Source: Paraspadella gotoi
Taxonomy: Eukaryota; Animalia; Chaetognatha
Direction: 5' to 3'
Assembly (NCBI GenBank): GCA_051294375.1
Contig: CM119266.1
Coordinates: forward strand, 5,013,770 to 5,077,769
Length of the DNA: 64,000 nucleotides
Positions 26,890-41,800 of this stretch are shown here, one piece after another (position 1 is the stretch's first letter; each line of letters opens with the position of its first letter). The notes under the pieces were generated by a model. That model was not told the origin of the DNA, did not search any database, and saw only the letters and a list, made by a program, of their open reading frames with translations. A program made the translations under genes and the position numbers.

Positions 26890-29800
26890 TAAATAAGAAT
26901 TAGTCATTGGGCAAAATATCTTTCTTGGGTTTTGACGTGTTTTTTGGGGAGGTTTGGCCAATTTTTTGGGGCATAATTACTGGTAAATTAAATTAATAAT
27001 AATAATAACTCAAGTTAATGGCTAAACCCCCAAAAAATACCTTTGACCAAGAGAGGCAAACACCATTTGGTCTACCATATCCATCTACTGGTCCATTTCC
27101 TGCGATGCAAACGTGACAAATAAAAAACATTACATACTTTCACGAGTGGGCATTTGTGGTGGTTTTTAGGATAATTATTAAATAAATGTAAAAAAAAACC
27201 CCAAACATTTAACCATCGATAAAAAGAAAGGACCGGCAAGTTTGGTTCTTATCATGAAATACATATTTGTCAGTCAACTGTTCTTTTTTATTGAAGGGCG
27301 GGGCTGTATCTTCGTGATCAATATTTGCAAAGTAAAAAAATGATCACAAGTTCAGTTATGAAAGTATTTTCTCCATTGAGAGCTGATTCGTGACTTTCGG
27401 GCTTGTCTCTTTTATGTTGTGGTTAAAAGTTAAAACTGGCTACAACCCTGGGCGAAAAGTCCGAGGGGGGGGGGCGTGACCCGAGAAACGCTTACGGTTC
27501 TGAGGTGGAAAAGCTAAGTACCAGCAGAGGGTAAATCCCTTTTAAATAGTGCAAGGCACAGACCTGGAAATAAATAAAATTAATAAATAAATGAACAAAT
27601 AAATGAATGAACAAATAAATTAATCAATAAATAAATTAATAAACGAAATCAATAAATAATCAATAACCCCCCCCCCACTTTTTTACAGGCGGTGGTGGTC
27701 ATCAAATATTTGTTCCAATTTGGATTTTTCCCCTGGAACGATCTCGTCGTCTTGGATCCACTTTACGTCCCCAGGATTTTGGGGATCGAAAAGAACGACA
27801 GCTACGCCACCTTCGATCTGGTGAGGAGGCTGGGTTTTATATTCTGAATGTCACCCATTTCAGTTTAAATTTAGAATTAGAGTTGTAAGGTTTAAAAAAT
27901 TATGGTAAGAGTTATGGATAAGGATTTGGATAGGGTCTAGGTTATAAAAATGGTGAGGGGTTGTCACTGTGCCACTGTGCCGCGCCAATGCCGTTGCTGT
28001 CCCATTGAACCTTTTCCCTTTTCCCCCCTTATCCAGTTTCTGCTGTTGATGTTGTTCTTGCATCGTTCTATCCTCAAAGCCAATGGATTGTGGAAAGACT
28101 CGGAACAATCTGTCTCACCCAAGACCGACGAGGAGCATTTAGTAAGAGTTGTTGTTGTTGTAGTTTTGGTTACCATAGCAGCGGTTTAAATAAGGTTAAT
28201 TTCTTATTGGCTATGGTTATATTAATTGAATAATTACCTGTTCTACTATGTTAGATTATATTTTCTAACTCTAAAATCTTAAATTGATTTACGTAAATAT
28301 TAAGCTTAATAACTAGCTTTATAAAACAACTTTTGGTATATTAAAATGTTTTTTATGAATTAATATTTGTCCCAAGCTTAGAATTAGATGTTTTGTTTTG
28401 CTTAATAATATTTTTGTTGTAGTTGTCGTTATTTACTCGTTATTACCATTGCGCACAAGATGGTTTTTCATTCCCACGATGACCATAGATCAGTTTTCGC
28501 CGCTTTCCCTCTGCCGATCGTGGCACGCTTATCATTCCTTTGATCTCTTGTTGATTTATATTCGAAAACGAATCTCGTAATTCCCTTACCTCCCGACAGA
28601 GGTCGAGTTTTCCGCCCAAACATCGCGGAAAACAAAAAGAGCATCCGAAAGAGGATCGGATCGAGGAGGAGGAAGATGTCGCCGCGCCCTCTGGGGGTAA
28701 TTCTCTTTCTTTCCTTATTAATATTATTGTTTAAAAATGTATAATTTAAACTTTGATATCTCGAATTATTTAAATCCCACAGAAAATTCCGAAGGAGATG
28801 TCGATCCTCCCAACGCGGATTCGACAGGGACGTTAGAGGGCGCGGAAGGCGAAACGAAGGAAAGCTCGTGGTAAATCGAAATTGTGTTTAAAAGTCTTTT
28901 GTTTATATATTATTTTTAAACTCGAATCTTGCGCGCGCATGCTTATTAAATCCGCCGCTAGGCGCCGCCTGTCGTTTTATTAATGTTTCCGCTTTTCTTA
29001 TTCGCATGTCTGCGCCGTCGAATTTAACAGAAAAATTAGTTCTTTTTTTAACGCACGAAGCTTTCCTTATTTTCTTTTTTTCCCCTTTATTTTTTTAACC
29101 CCCGCGACGCTTTTTTCTGCGTGATTAACTTACCCTCGCTTTTTCCATTCGGTCACGCACGCTACTCCGACCCGGCCCTCCCACTGGTCCCTTACCTTTT
29201 TTACCACATTCCTCACTACCTTTACCATTAATTTTCCCTGACGTTACCTACCATTACCTTACATTACACTATCCTTACCATTATTATACCCTTACATTAC
29301 CATTACCTTACATTACCTTACCCTGACCATTACCCGACCCTTAACATTACCTTTACCCTACATTACATGACGATATCCTTACCATTACCCTTACCTCTCA
29401 CCTCACTTTTCTGAAAACAAAAAAAGGTCTGACATTAGACCTAAAGAGAATTCCGGGTCTCGTGACCGAAGGCGTCACGGTGGGCGTGTCCGCCGTCCGT
29501 CGCGCCGTCGAAGATCTTCCCAGAAAGATCAGGGACATGTCCCATTCTAGAAACATGGATCCATTTTTGACTCAGATGGAAGAGATGAGTGGCTTCGCCG
29601 CGAGAGGTGTTTTGGATTGACGTGGTTGATGTAGTTGACGGGGTGGATGTTGCTGATGTAGTCGATTAGAGCGGGTGATTGAGATTCGTGATGAAGGTTG
29701 TATGACATCTCACAGACCATGACTTAGTTTAGACGGCCAAATTGGTGGTAAACTTTAATAAAGTATAGCAGGGCTCCGTCGACTTCCTTCGTTGTTATCA

Positions 29801-32800
29801 TGTCAGAGGGAATTAACATTAACATTAACTGAACCCACTTTCATCTTAACCGCTTTTTGCTAACGTTTTCGGTTTTTAACAGTTGATATGTTTTTTTTTT
29901 TGCTAACGGGATGCCTTAGTTTAAATTTTAATTTCATTGTAAATTGTTTATCGCGAATTAAATCCGCTTTAGAAAATTATTTGTTAAGAAAAAGGGTCAT
30001 TCAATTCAACTTCAAAAATAGGCTAAAATGGAGTACAAATTCAGAAAGCTGAGCTCTGGCGATTCCTAAAATGTATTCACTTTAAGCATTTGATGCATTC
30101 TACCCCCATATTATATCGGTTAATTATAATATAAATAAAAGAAACCTATCTGAAGAGTTGCAGGTCAAACGAAAAGGCCAATCCATCTGATATTTTTATG
30201 AATTCTTTATTACTGAATTAGAAAAATGTAATAGAGAGACATTTTTAACTTTCAACTTGTATCCTTGAAAATGAAAAGTTTTAAACTTTAACCCTGAATT
30301 CTTTCTAACTGGAACACGTTATCAAAATGTTTCTCTATTACATTTTTACAAATGTTTTTAAGATTGCTAATCAAATTTTTAATTCAATATTATTGCAGTC
30401 GTTTAGGCTGCAACTCTTCAAATTCAGTGTAGATTCATTGTACTCGAATTTCTTTACCATCTATTAACTGAAGATTTTGTTCATGACTGGAAAACCAACA
30501 GAGTAACGAGATTAATTGTTTTAATTCTCCCCTTCTAAACTATCTCATAACTTCTTACCTAGAATTTTTTAACAACCAGATTGAAAAAACAAATCTTTAA
30601 AAAATGTGCTTACCCATTTAACTTAACAATTTTGTTATTTACCCATTTAAAAAAAATTATTGAAAACAGAATGAACACAAATAAATAAGAACTTATTTCT
30701 TTGTGATTACTGATGACTATAATGTATTTCTCGATATATTAGCTCTAACACATCAATGATTACGTATTGTTATGCTGAATGACCTTTCCTCTTAATATTT
30801 CTCGATATTCTTTCCCAATTAAAGATTTCACGAACAAAATATTTAACATCTACTTTTTTTGAAATTCATGAAATCTTAATTATTTTTTAGTTTTGAGTAA
30901 TTTGGTTTCAACATAAATCTGACTTCATGTAGTGACCGTATTTGTAATTTACTTAGGCTCCGTGAATGCTTAAAGCCTTTCCGTGATTTCTACAACTCAA
31001 TGACGAATCCCACTTATAACACAGGTCAGTTCATCACAGTTGTTTAAATTCGTTCGATTCCCCGCACAGTGTATTCATTCCCTCGAATATTCTTCTCTCC
31101 CCACAGTGGTCGACGTCTACGCCCCAATGTTCGCCTGTGATTTTATTTGTTTCATAATAATCGTTTTCGGATATCAAGCCTTTGGTGTAAGTTATTAAAG
31201 AATATTGAACCGAAATTATTAGACAAAATATGTAAATTTAATTTTTTTTAATTTTTAGGAAGTGTCAGCGACATCGGGCAACGTCGCTGATTACATTGAA
31301 GACAACAAAGTTCCTCAAAACTTTTTGATGATGCTTTTAGTACAATTTGGAATGATAATTGTGGACAGGTATAATTATAATTCTTGATAATTTTTTTCAT
31401 GAATACTAATGTACTATTTTTTAAAAATACTATTTTCTAACAGGGCTCTATTTCTGCGCAAAAATATATTGGGCAAGCTCGTCTTTCAAGTCTTTTTAGT
31501 TATCTTCATTCACATTTGGTTATTTTTTATAAATCCATATCTAACGCAAAGGTGAGTTTCAAGAATAACTGAAGAGTGATTACCATCAATGTTTAATTAT
31601 ACAATTTAATTTTCTGCTTTATTTCATATAAATTAATATATAGTACAACGTATTGTATAAAAGGGTTTAAGACCATTGCCATATAGTCAATAATCAGCTT
31701 GGAAGAGCTGCTTTGAGTCAGAAAGCGTTAGTAAGTGAGTTAAATATTTTAGGATACAAGTAATAAGAATACATCTCTGCGTAACAGTTACATTACATTG
31801 TATACACCGCTTTTGTGTGAAATATAAAACTCAAAACATACTAATTTTACTAATATGAATAAGATGAATATTTGTTATTTGCAGAAAATTCGTTGAGAAC
31901 ACCGCCGCCCAATTTTGGTATTTCACCAAATGCATATACTTTGCCCTGTCTGCTTATCAAATTCGGTCGGGTTACCCGACGCGAATCTTGGGAAACTTCC
32001 TTACCAAAAAATACAATTATTTCAACCTGTTTCTATTCAAAGGGTGAGTAACATAAAGTAACAATGAAAAATCCGTGTTTTTTTAATACAATTTCCTAAA
32101 CTTTTGTCTTTTTGTCTAGTTTTCTCATCATTCCGTTTTTGTTGGAACTTCGGGCACTGATGGATTGGATGTGGACCGACACAACCCTTGCCTTGAGCAG
32201 CTGGCTCCAGGTGAGTTAGGTTATAGAAGGTGTTACAGGGCTTCTCACTTGAAAAGGACCATTCGATAAAGGCCCAAAATTTGGAAAGGCTTAGGCTTTC
32301 CTCGACTTTTTGAAAAAGTCCCTGAGCCTATTCTATGGGATTTTTTTCCAAAATTTTTGCCCGTTTATAGTTTAATTTCCAATCTCCGTTTTGCACGTTT
32401 GCCATTTTATATATACAAATATTCTTTACAATGTCTTTTACGACGGACAAAGAATATCTTTGTCCCTCATGTATTTTCGGTATTGTGAATGTCCATCCTT
32501 TGAAAGTTTCTATGTCGATAATAAATCGACGGCGTCGGAAATCCTCCATATTTTTTGAACAAGACGACGATGACGGCGACGATGACGATCGTAGCGACGA
32601 GAATAGCGAGCGCGATGCCGACCACCTGACCGTCGCTGAAGCCTTCCTTCTCCTTCCGACACTCCCCAGAGTAGTCCGTCCACTTAGCGTCGGCTCCGCA
32701 TTTCGTGAAGACGGAAACCTTCGTCGCGTAACCCTTTTGACAATCGAGCACGCAGTCAGAATCGTATTTTTCTCCGCGGGTGCAGTTCCATGATCCTCGT

Positions 32801-35800
32801 TGGGGAGTCTCCAAGTCGGGGCATTTGACCGGCAGGCACGACGCTTTTACGCTGCTGTGCCACTCACCGCTCTTTCCGCAGAGAATCTGAGGTCGATTCT
32901 CAAACTCGTATCCCTTGTCGCAGACGAGATTGCAAGGAGTGGATCCGTACTTGTGGTCGCCGGTGCAATACCAGTGTCCGTTGGCGACGGATCTCGGGAC
33001 GCCGCAAGATACGCGTTGGCACGGGTCCATTGGGGGCGAGGTCCACGTGTCGTTTGTCTGGCAGAGTTTGGTCACGTTGGGAAATTTGGAAAAGTGACCC
33101 GGAAGGCAAGACCGCGTGCAAAGGCTGCCCTCTTGATGCCCGCGAGAACATGACCAAAAGTAGTGGCCATCGTTCTTCAGTTGGGGACAACGTTTGCTAA
33201 ATGGGGAAATAAGGAGTTTTGATTGCTTAATGATTCATTTCGTTGTTTGTTCTATACAAACGTGAGATATAGTTATATAAGATCGAAAAATTAACAAAAT
33301 ATAAATTTTTACTTTAGTATTCATAAACGATAGCTTATGATACATACAATTCTTAAAATTTCCTTGCTCGTGTATTAATATAATTTTATTTTGAATTATA
33401 AATATGAATTTTTATATTTACGATTTTAAAGCTATTTATGTTTTTCTCAGCTCTTCAAATACATAATTCTCTCTTTTTAAAACCTCTTTTTCTCACCTAA
33501 TGCAATTCCCGTTATCGACTTTCCACTTTCCATCGGGGCCGCAAACAGCCTTAACTTGGGGGTGTGCCTCGAAATCGGCTTTGCATTTGAGAGAACAAGA
33601 TCGTACCGGGATGAAGCTGCTCGGCGATTCGCACTCCCAATCGAGGGCGTTGCGAGATGCCATGTCGATGAGACCCTGTAATATCAGTTATTAATTTTAT
33701 TCTGACGTCGGACAATGGACATTGACAGTGGACAGGTTATGTTGGTATGTTATTTATATTATATTATTATATATTTATTTTAAGATGAAAACATAGCAAG
33801 ACACCCCGTCTAGTTGATATTTTAAAAGGTTATAATTTTGAAATTATTTAAGATTATAACTTAACAAGTTTTGATTTAATTTGTACAACGATTTTAATTT
33901 GTATCTTAGCAGACATGTTTCGGGTCATAAATTCGAGCCGAAACATGTCTGCTAAGATAGAAAATAAAATCGTTGTACAAATAAATCAAAACTTTGTTAT
34001 TCTCTCAAAAACAACGAAAGAAAGGATTATACCATGAAGATTATAACTTATATTTAGGCAACTCCAATTGTCTTCAGTTACTAAAATTCTATTATCATTC
34101 TGGCATCACCACACATGATAGTAATCTATCCTTACCGAAAGATTACGCTTGTGACATGTGATAGGATCGCAATGATAGATCGGGTTCGACCAAGTCCCGT
34201 CTGCCCGACACGTTCTCTCCATCTCGCCCGTCTTGTACGTGGCCGGACAAGGCGCACGGCAAGTGGATTCGAAGACTGCCGTGCAGTTGGTGGCCTCGGG
34301 CCAGTCAGGGCAGTTGACCCTCTGGCAAGGGGTCGATTGGTTTGACCAGGTCAGGTCTGATTGACAAGTGCTGGAGGGAGGAGAACTTTGACTTTAAATT
34401 GTTTCCCTCCAAACATAATTTTAACTCTAAGGTAATTTTGAATAAAGTTTAATTAAATTTTAAGAAAATGAACTAACATCCTTAAAAATCCTTATGATTC
34501 ATCGAGGCCGTTCACAGTCCTCACCTGTTGTCCCCTTTGAATCCATTGGCACAAAAGCATTGAGACCCAAAATTGAAACCGGACGAGCAATTCCAGAGTG
34601 TGGATTCGTTGGGCATCTTTTCTCTGCATCCTACCCAATTGCCTAGAATAGGTGGGGTGAGTTAACCGATTCTCAAATGTAATCACTTGAAGAGACAGTA
34701 ATTATTGTAATTGTATTAGTTGACAGAACCGTTCAATATAAGCAGTCCCTGAGCATCGGATCAGGCTGTAACACCATGTTACAGGCGGGTTAAGCGCCCC
34801 GTCCCTCTTAACTGCCAGACGACCACCGGGCTAGAACCCCGGACCTTTGGGTAGGGAGGCGAATGACTTGCCTCCGGCACCAATGGCCGCTGATGAACGG
34901 TTGGTGGATTTTAGTCCACCATACATCCCCTCTCCCGTAGGGAGAAGTCTGTTGTGTCTCTTCAGTGTATTATTGTTGTTGGTGGAAAGTTCATCACCAA
35001 GTTGAGGCCATGTCGCCTGATCTGTTGTGGGCGGAAAGTGCATCGCCAGGTTGAGGCATATCGCCTGAAAGTGTTGTTGTTGCTGTTGTGTTTGGAAGTC
35101 GGGCTCACCAATGAAGAGACAGTAATTATTGTAATTGTTAGTGACAGAACCGTTCAATATAAGCAGTCCCTGAGCTTCGGATCAGGCTGTAACATCATGT
35201 TACAGGCGGGTTAAGCGCCCCGTCCCTCTTAACTGCTAGACGACCACCGGGCTAGAACCCCGGACCTTTGGGTAGGGAGGCGAATGACTTGCCTCCGGCA
35301 CCAATGGCCGCTGATGAACGGTTGTGGATTTTAGTCCACCATACACTTTTCCAAGGCCAAAAAAGTCAGTCCTATCCCCAAAACTTACCCGTCCAGAACC
35401 GGATGTTCGACATCCACGCGAACTGCGATACATCGGGTTGACCGTTTTATTGATGTCGCAAGTGTTCGGAACTTCGTTACCCACGAAACCGTAACAATGA
35501 TACGATTCGAAATTCGTTACAGTCCGGACTTTTCTATGACTGTAGTTGGTGAAGCTGGGAAGCGAGTAATGATTGGGATTTTGTCTTTTGTTTTCTCAGT
35601 TAAAAAGCTACATCTTACCTTTTGACTTTGGACTGGCACATTAAGGCTAAAATCAGAGCTAACTTTGATTTTGTGTAGCGAATCCTAAATTCCCTCCCGT
35701 ATAGCTTGGTTAAACTCAGCTCGTCCCATTGGCTTAGACAGCTAAGTACTCGTTCACCAACCGTGAGTTCCGGGATCAATCCCCTCATGGTCACGCTGGT

Positions 35801-38800
35801 TAAAATGTGATGGTGTCGGCATAAACACGCCAGTGACAAGGGGTCCAAAGCAGGATTAGATTTAGATCTTATTATTTTCCTCCTTCCTATTGCTTTTCCA
35901 ATCTCAGTCTTTCTTTTTTCCCTTTCCTTTATTTTTTAATTTCCTTTTTCTTCCTCTCCTTCTCTCCCCCCAGCCTCTCTACCCCCCCCCCCCAAACCTG
36001 GAACCGGAGTCGTCGACCAAAAGCGACTCGACACTGTTGAGTTTTCCTCCTCCGCAGTCCGAGTCGTTGGAGGCGAAGAAGACATACTTAGTGGGTCCAC
36101 CCCAGACGAGGTGGTGCTTGAAGAAGGAAGGGTTATCCAGGTGGCTGGCGAAGGAGAATTTCACAACTGTGGGGGGGGGGGATTGGTGGGTCAATTTAAA
36201 TGGGTCATTATGTTTAAATGTTAATTTCATGAGTTTGTGGCGGTATATTCACACCGCCTCACGTCCACCATCCTTCAGCCAGAACCATTGGCTCAGAGGG
36301 GGAACACACCATCCCAGGCGTAGTGTTCCATCCAGAGTCCTAACGACTTCCCTCTGCGCTGGCGAAGCGAGACCGTCCTTGGGTAACCGCGCCAGTGACT
36401 GGAGGCGTCACTGAGGGTCGGAAGCCCCCAAAGCCAACAGTGAGATGCCCCATCCCAATGGGCATCACAGGCAACCCGGCTGTTGCCATAAGTTCATAAA
36501 TAATTAGTTATCTTGTGAGGAGGAAAGGGGCATTAACCTAGTTTCATAGCGGCAGTATCAAGTTCGTCGCTTTTATTATAACATTAACAAGCGTCAGACT
36601 ATTCATTATTACAAAACCTTTGTACCTTTAATGGCATCAGGGAATCTCATCCATATCGCTTGTGGCAGACTGTCATTGCAAGTGTTGCACAATGCGGCGG
36701 ACATCCACATGTCATCCACATGGTCGTGTTGTCCAAAAGCGTTGCTCACATTGGTGTAGAGAAAACCCGCGCCAGAAATACTTTAATAAAGGATTAGGAA
36801 AAAAAATTATTAAATTAACGAATTCTTAGCAATATAAATCTTTAAAACAATATTATTAAAATGGAAGCTAATTAAATTCTAGTCGTGCTGCATTGTTTCC
36901 ATCTTGTATTCAAACTGAGAGAAATGCGAGCCTAACCCGTCAGTCTATCCCAACATTGGGAGGAAAGATTTTTTGGGTTTTAAATGATTAAAACATTTTG
37001 ACATGGGTTATTACCGTTTTACTAATAATATTGAATCATTAAAATAACTGAATTCTTGAAATACCCGATGACGTTGTTGGTGGAGGTGGCATCTGCCACG
37101 CCCCCTTGATAGTTGACTTCGACAAGATTGTCTAATCCTGTATCATTGTCATTGTGACTTCTATGATGTTTGAGATCGACCGGGCATTCGTATCCCAACT
37201 GGTGGTTTCCAATGTGTAGTGTTGGTGGGGTTGGTGCTGAAATTTTGTTGAACAAATTTTAATACACTTTTTTTTCTGAACAAAATAATTTTCAGAACAA
37301 ACTAAGAGCATGTATGCATAGAATTTTCTATTGATATCACGAAATTATTTTTCAATTTTTTAATTTTTTGATATTCAAAATAAATCGAAATAAAAACTAA
37401 AAGCAAAATTTTATTATAGATTTTTTTTAAATTTCTTTTTTTTCATTTTTCTAATAATTATGACTCATTGACTAAAAATCAACCCTAAACGTTTTTGATG
37501 TAATAATTTTAATTTAAAACGTACAAAATTTAAAAAAAATTAAGTAAGTTCCCTTTACCTCCTACGCAACAATGAAGGATGAGCAGCCAAACGCCTCCCA
37601 AACCGATTGACAGTTTGATAATTTCCGCCCGGAAACCTCCCATAGCCGAACCGCGCGTAGTTTATTACAATTAACTAAAGGGTTTTTTAAAAATTATTTT
37701 GAAAAAAATACCGAATCGAATTTTCGTGTAAGCGTGGCTTAATTTTTATTGGTTTTTTGTTGTCAATGATGACGACGACGACGATGACGACGACGAATTC
37801 TCGTTCCTGTTTAAAACCTGTTCAACGAGCATCGCTTCGCCCCGTGACTCAAAAGATTCAAAAATAGTTGAGACTCGCGATTTTGAATAATAAAGCAACG
37901 AACCGGTAGTTGTTTAATGTTTATAATCGAGGTCCCCTTAAGACTTTCAGGAAATGATCTAAGCTTAATTAAAGATGAACCTCGCGTGTCTAAGATTCGA
38001 CTATTTTGAGTTGTTGTTTATTTTTTTTTTATCTTTAATGATCGAATAAAATGAGGTTTTGTTCTAAGAAAGTAAAGTTTAAAGTTTAATGTTGAGGCGA
38101 CTTACCTAACGGGAACTAGATGATTGAAATCATTTCTCCCTTACCTTTTTCTTTTTGAAACTGTTTGGTAAGTTGCCTCATTTTAGAGTGTAGGTTTGAT
38201 TAAAATGATAACGCATTACGCAATGCGGATCTAATTCATATATAACATATAACTTATAAGGAAACGATTGTAATCTTTACATTTTCAGATGGAAGACATT
38301 TACGCGAACATCTATATTTTAAAATGTTGGAGACACGCGGAAGCGGTAAGGGGTCTTGAGGGGGGATCGGGGGGGGGTGTAGAAGGGGCCGGAAAAATTC
38401 GAACATAATTTTCAGTCGATTTAATATTACAAAAAAAAAAAAAATTATCGAAATTCCAAAAAAACTCGTTTTTTTTTCTCGAAAGATCGATCGTGAATTT
38501 TGAAATGAAGTGGAAACGAAAAAAAAAACTTGTTGTCCTTACCTTCCTTACCTTTTTTTAACCTTTCCCTCCCCCCTTCTCTCAGACCTACCCCACCCCC
38601 CGAGGCACGAAGCGGCGTGCCATCGTCAAGTACGGCTTCGGCGGTCTTCTTCTTTTCGCGATCATTTTAATCATTTGGTTTCCGCTGCTTCTCTTCTCTC
38701 TGACGGACACAGTCGGAGTCACCAATCCGCCCGTCGATTTTAAAGTCGAGATCTCGTTGGGGGGATTTCAGGTGGGCGAGCAGGGGGGGGTGTTGTTGTT

Positions 38801-41800
38801 ATGTTCGTTGCTATGGTGATAGTGTTGTTGCTATGATTTTTTTATTATTGTTGTAATTGTTAAAATTGTTGTAATATTGCGGTCGTTGAAATTATTGTGT
38901 AGATGAAATTTTTGGAATTGTTGTTTTTTTGTTTTTTTTTAAATACATGTTGGTGTAATTGTTGTGCTAATTGTGGTCGTGTTTTTTCTAGTAATGCTTT
39001 CGTATATTTATTGTGGTTGTTTCTGTTGTTGTAATTGTTGTTTTGTTTAGAGGTTTCTCATTAAAAACTATTTAAATTGTTCAAAAAGTTAAAAGATACA
39101 AAGTTACAAAAACTTTACGATAACTAACTTTCTATCGCGTGTTTATCATCTTCTATTAACGCTTGCGTCCAGACACATGCCGTTCCCGTAAGTGTAATAT
39201 TTAATTTATTTTTTAAATAATTAAATTTAAATATTTAAATAATTCTAATTTAAACATTAAACGGGAGAATTTCTCCTTAAGCGATAAATGTTGCGCAATA
39301 TCATCGGAATATTAAACTATAAACTTTGCTTTATTTGCCTTCTTTGTTTATTATTTTTATTTTTTACACACTTCGTTACAAAAATAATAACTTAATTTTT
39401 TTATGCAAAAGTCAAAACTTATTATGTTTTATTCACTTTTCCAGCCAATCTTCAAGATGAGCGCCCAACAGTCGGCTCTACACACTTTCACCTTAGACGA
39501 ATACAACAGCATGACTGATGCTTACAAAATGAACAAGGTCATTCATTTATTGATTGGTGTTTGGAGAGTGAGAGAGAGAGTGTGTTTCCACCTTTATAAC
39601 GATTGCAATAGTCATTTAGTCAGGTAATTAAAGTAATAACTTACCAATGTGCTTCCATCCTGACTCACAGAGGGCGACCGCTTTTTTGGCGGGTTACGAG
39701 CCGCAGGACATCACGAGGATTAAGCTAAACGGAAGATCCACTGCCTTGTGGGGCATCTCTCCGCCGTCGCAGGTCGGTCGACCAATCAATCAATCAATCA
39801 ATCACGGATTGGTGATCAACCCATCCTTAAACAATCACCTCATTTTAATTCACAGGAAAGCTTGTTGGAGGACTTGGTCTCGAACGAAACTATCAAGCTC
39901 CGGTTTTATTATCAAATAACCAGGTAAGCATTAGGCATAAATAAATGTCACCATTCATGAGGATTGTTTGTATTTAAAATAAAAACGTAAACAATTTTAT
40001 TTAAAAAAAAAATATAAACATCGATTTGCAGTTACGCGATGAATTTATACGAAACGTATGTTTCTTTAAATTAGAAATAATTATAAAGTAATTAAAAATT
40101 AAATTTAATAGACCAGCCCCTCGGGTGAAACATTTCACTAGATCACATGACCCCGTGAATGACGTTGGGCGAAATGCTCTTGAGCCTTCTCGTGGTGAAG
40201 GGACAATCCTCCTCGAGACCGGGGTTTCGAGCGAAGGGTTTAGGTCTGCAGGGATCTTCGTCGTCGTAGCATTTCGTCGCCAAATCAGTCGATGCTCTTT
40301 TTTTCATCAACTCGACCCGATCTCCGTCGCGAGACACGGTAGGCAGCTTTTTCTTGGGAGGTCGCGGATGACCCGGACAGGTGGCAGCAGTGTCGGGGAA
40401 GTTGAAACAGCATTCGTAGCCTGTGGGAGAAAAAAAAAAAGAACATCGATGGATAAAGTGTGATATTTTTAATTTTTTCATGAGTCAATTGGTTATATTT
40501 TTTGGGCAGTTATACTGTATTTCTATGGATTTATACTGAATTATACTGTATTTCTATGGATTATAGTTTAGTATTTAAAATTCTTTCTCACTCGTTTTTC
40601 CGTCCGATCCTTCCTTGATGCAGCAATGACATTTAAGCGCTGATCGAAAACTCTCCACAGAGACTTGACCGCATCCGTTAGGATCACATCTTATAAAAAA
40701 AATATAGATAATTGTCAGAAAATTTCATTAATTTACATTTTTTGGATTGAAAACGTCAGCAGTGAATTGTGTATTTACTGAGCTGCTAAGTCGTAGAGCT
40801 GATCGAACTGTTCGTCAGTGAGACCGAATCCCGCACAGTTGAACAGTTTCTGCAGCTGTTAGGAATAATAATTACGAATGTAATGTGAACTGTCAAAGCT
40901 ACGGATGTGTAACATTTATGGCAATAATTGATTAAAAAGCTATTGACAGGTGGACAAAACAATCAAAATATATACAAATTAAGAATTAAACGAATAGACG
41001 GACAAATGAGGTTCTTTTGTTTAAATTCAAATTCCTCGCCTCTAGTTTAGGTCTTATCCGATAGAGTTCCAAATCCGGAATCGCGCGTCGTCCGAAAGCC
41101 GAGGGCGTAATCGTCTTTTGGACGCTCGGTTGGTCGCCGTAATTTTGAGTGTCGTGGACTTTGCGCACTCTTTTAATATTACACTTTTTAAAAATCATAC
41201 GTGACCGTTATTGAACGTTATGAAACTTGAAACGTTTCTTTCCTTTTCTCAATTTGCATTTGCAACCTTTTCCGCTTTCTTATTTCCCTATTTTCCTTCT
41301 ACCCATTTTCCTAATTAATGAATTCAACAATTAACCTTAATTAACCTAAATAAAATATTTCGACTGACTTGGGCATTTTTAGATCGTATCTGACACTTGG
41401 CACGCCGTAGTAGCGCATCTCCTTGGTGCTCCAATCGCCCGCCGGAGGTTTTTGCAGGTGAGTCACGTCGTTGGAGGGTTGGTAAGCGTAGGTGGGCCAA
41501 CTCACCGGAAGTGACTTGGTTCCTTAATGGGATATGATGAAAAATTATTACCTTCCCATCCACCATCTCTTACCTTCCTATCCACTTTTCACTCCCCCGA
41601 CTAATTTGCCACCTTTATAATTCCACTCCACTTTTATTATTTGGCCACCCTTTCACCATCTATCTTCCACCTCTCCCTCCTCCCTTTTATTCCCTTTCTA
41701 TCCTTCCTTTCGTCCACCTTTTATCCCCCACTCTCCCACCTTCAATCCCCCTTTCTCCCACCTTCTATCCTCTACCATCACCCTTCTATCCCCTTTCGTC

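Noticed and set aside
18000-27600. A further protein-coding gene in the distal part of the large Piezo intron
   Set aside because: Only low-complexity ORFs, microsatellites and repeats; I could not assemble phase-consistent coding exons, though UTR exons may be present.
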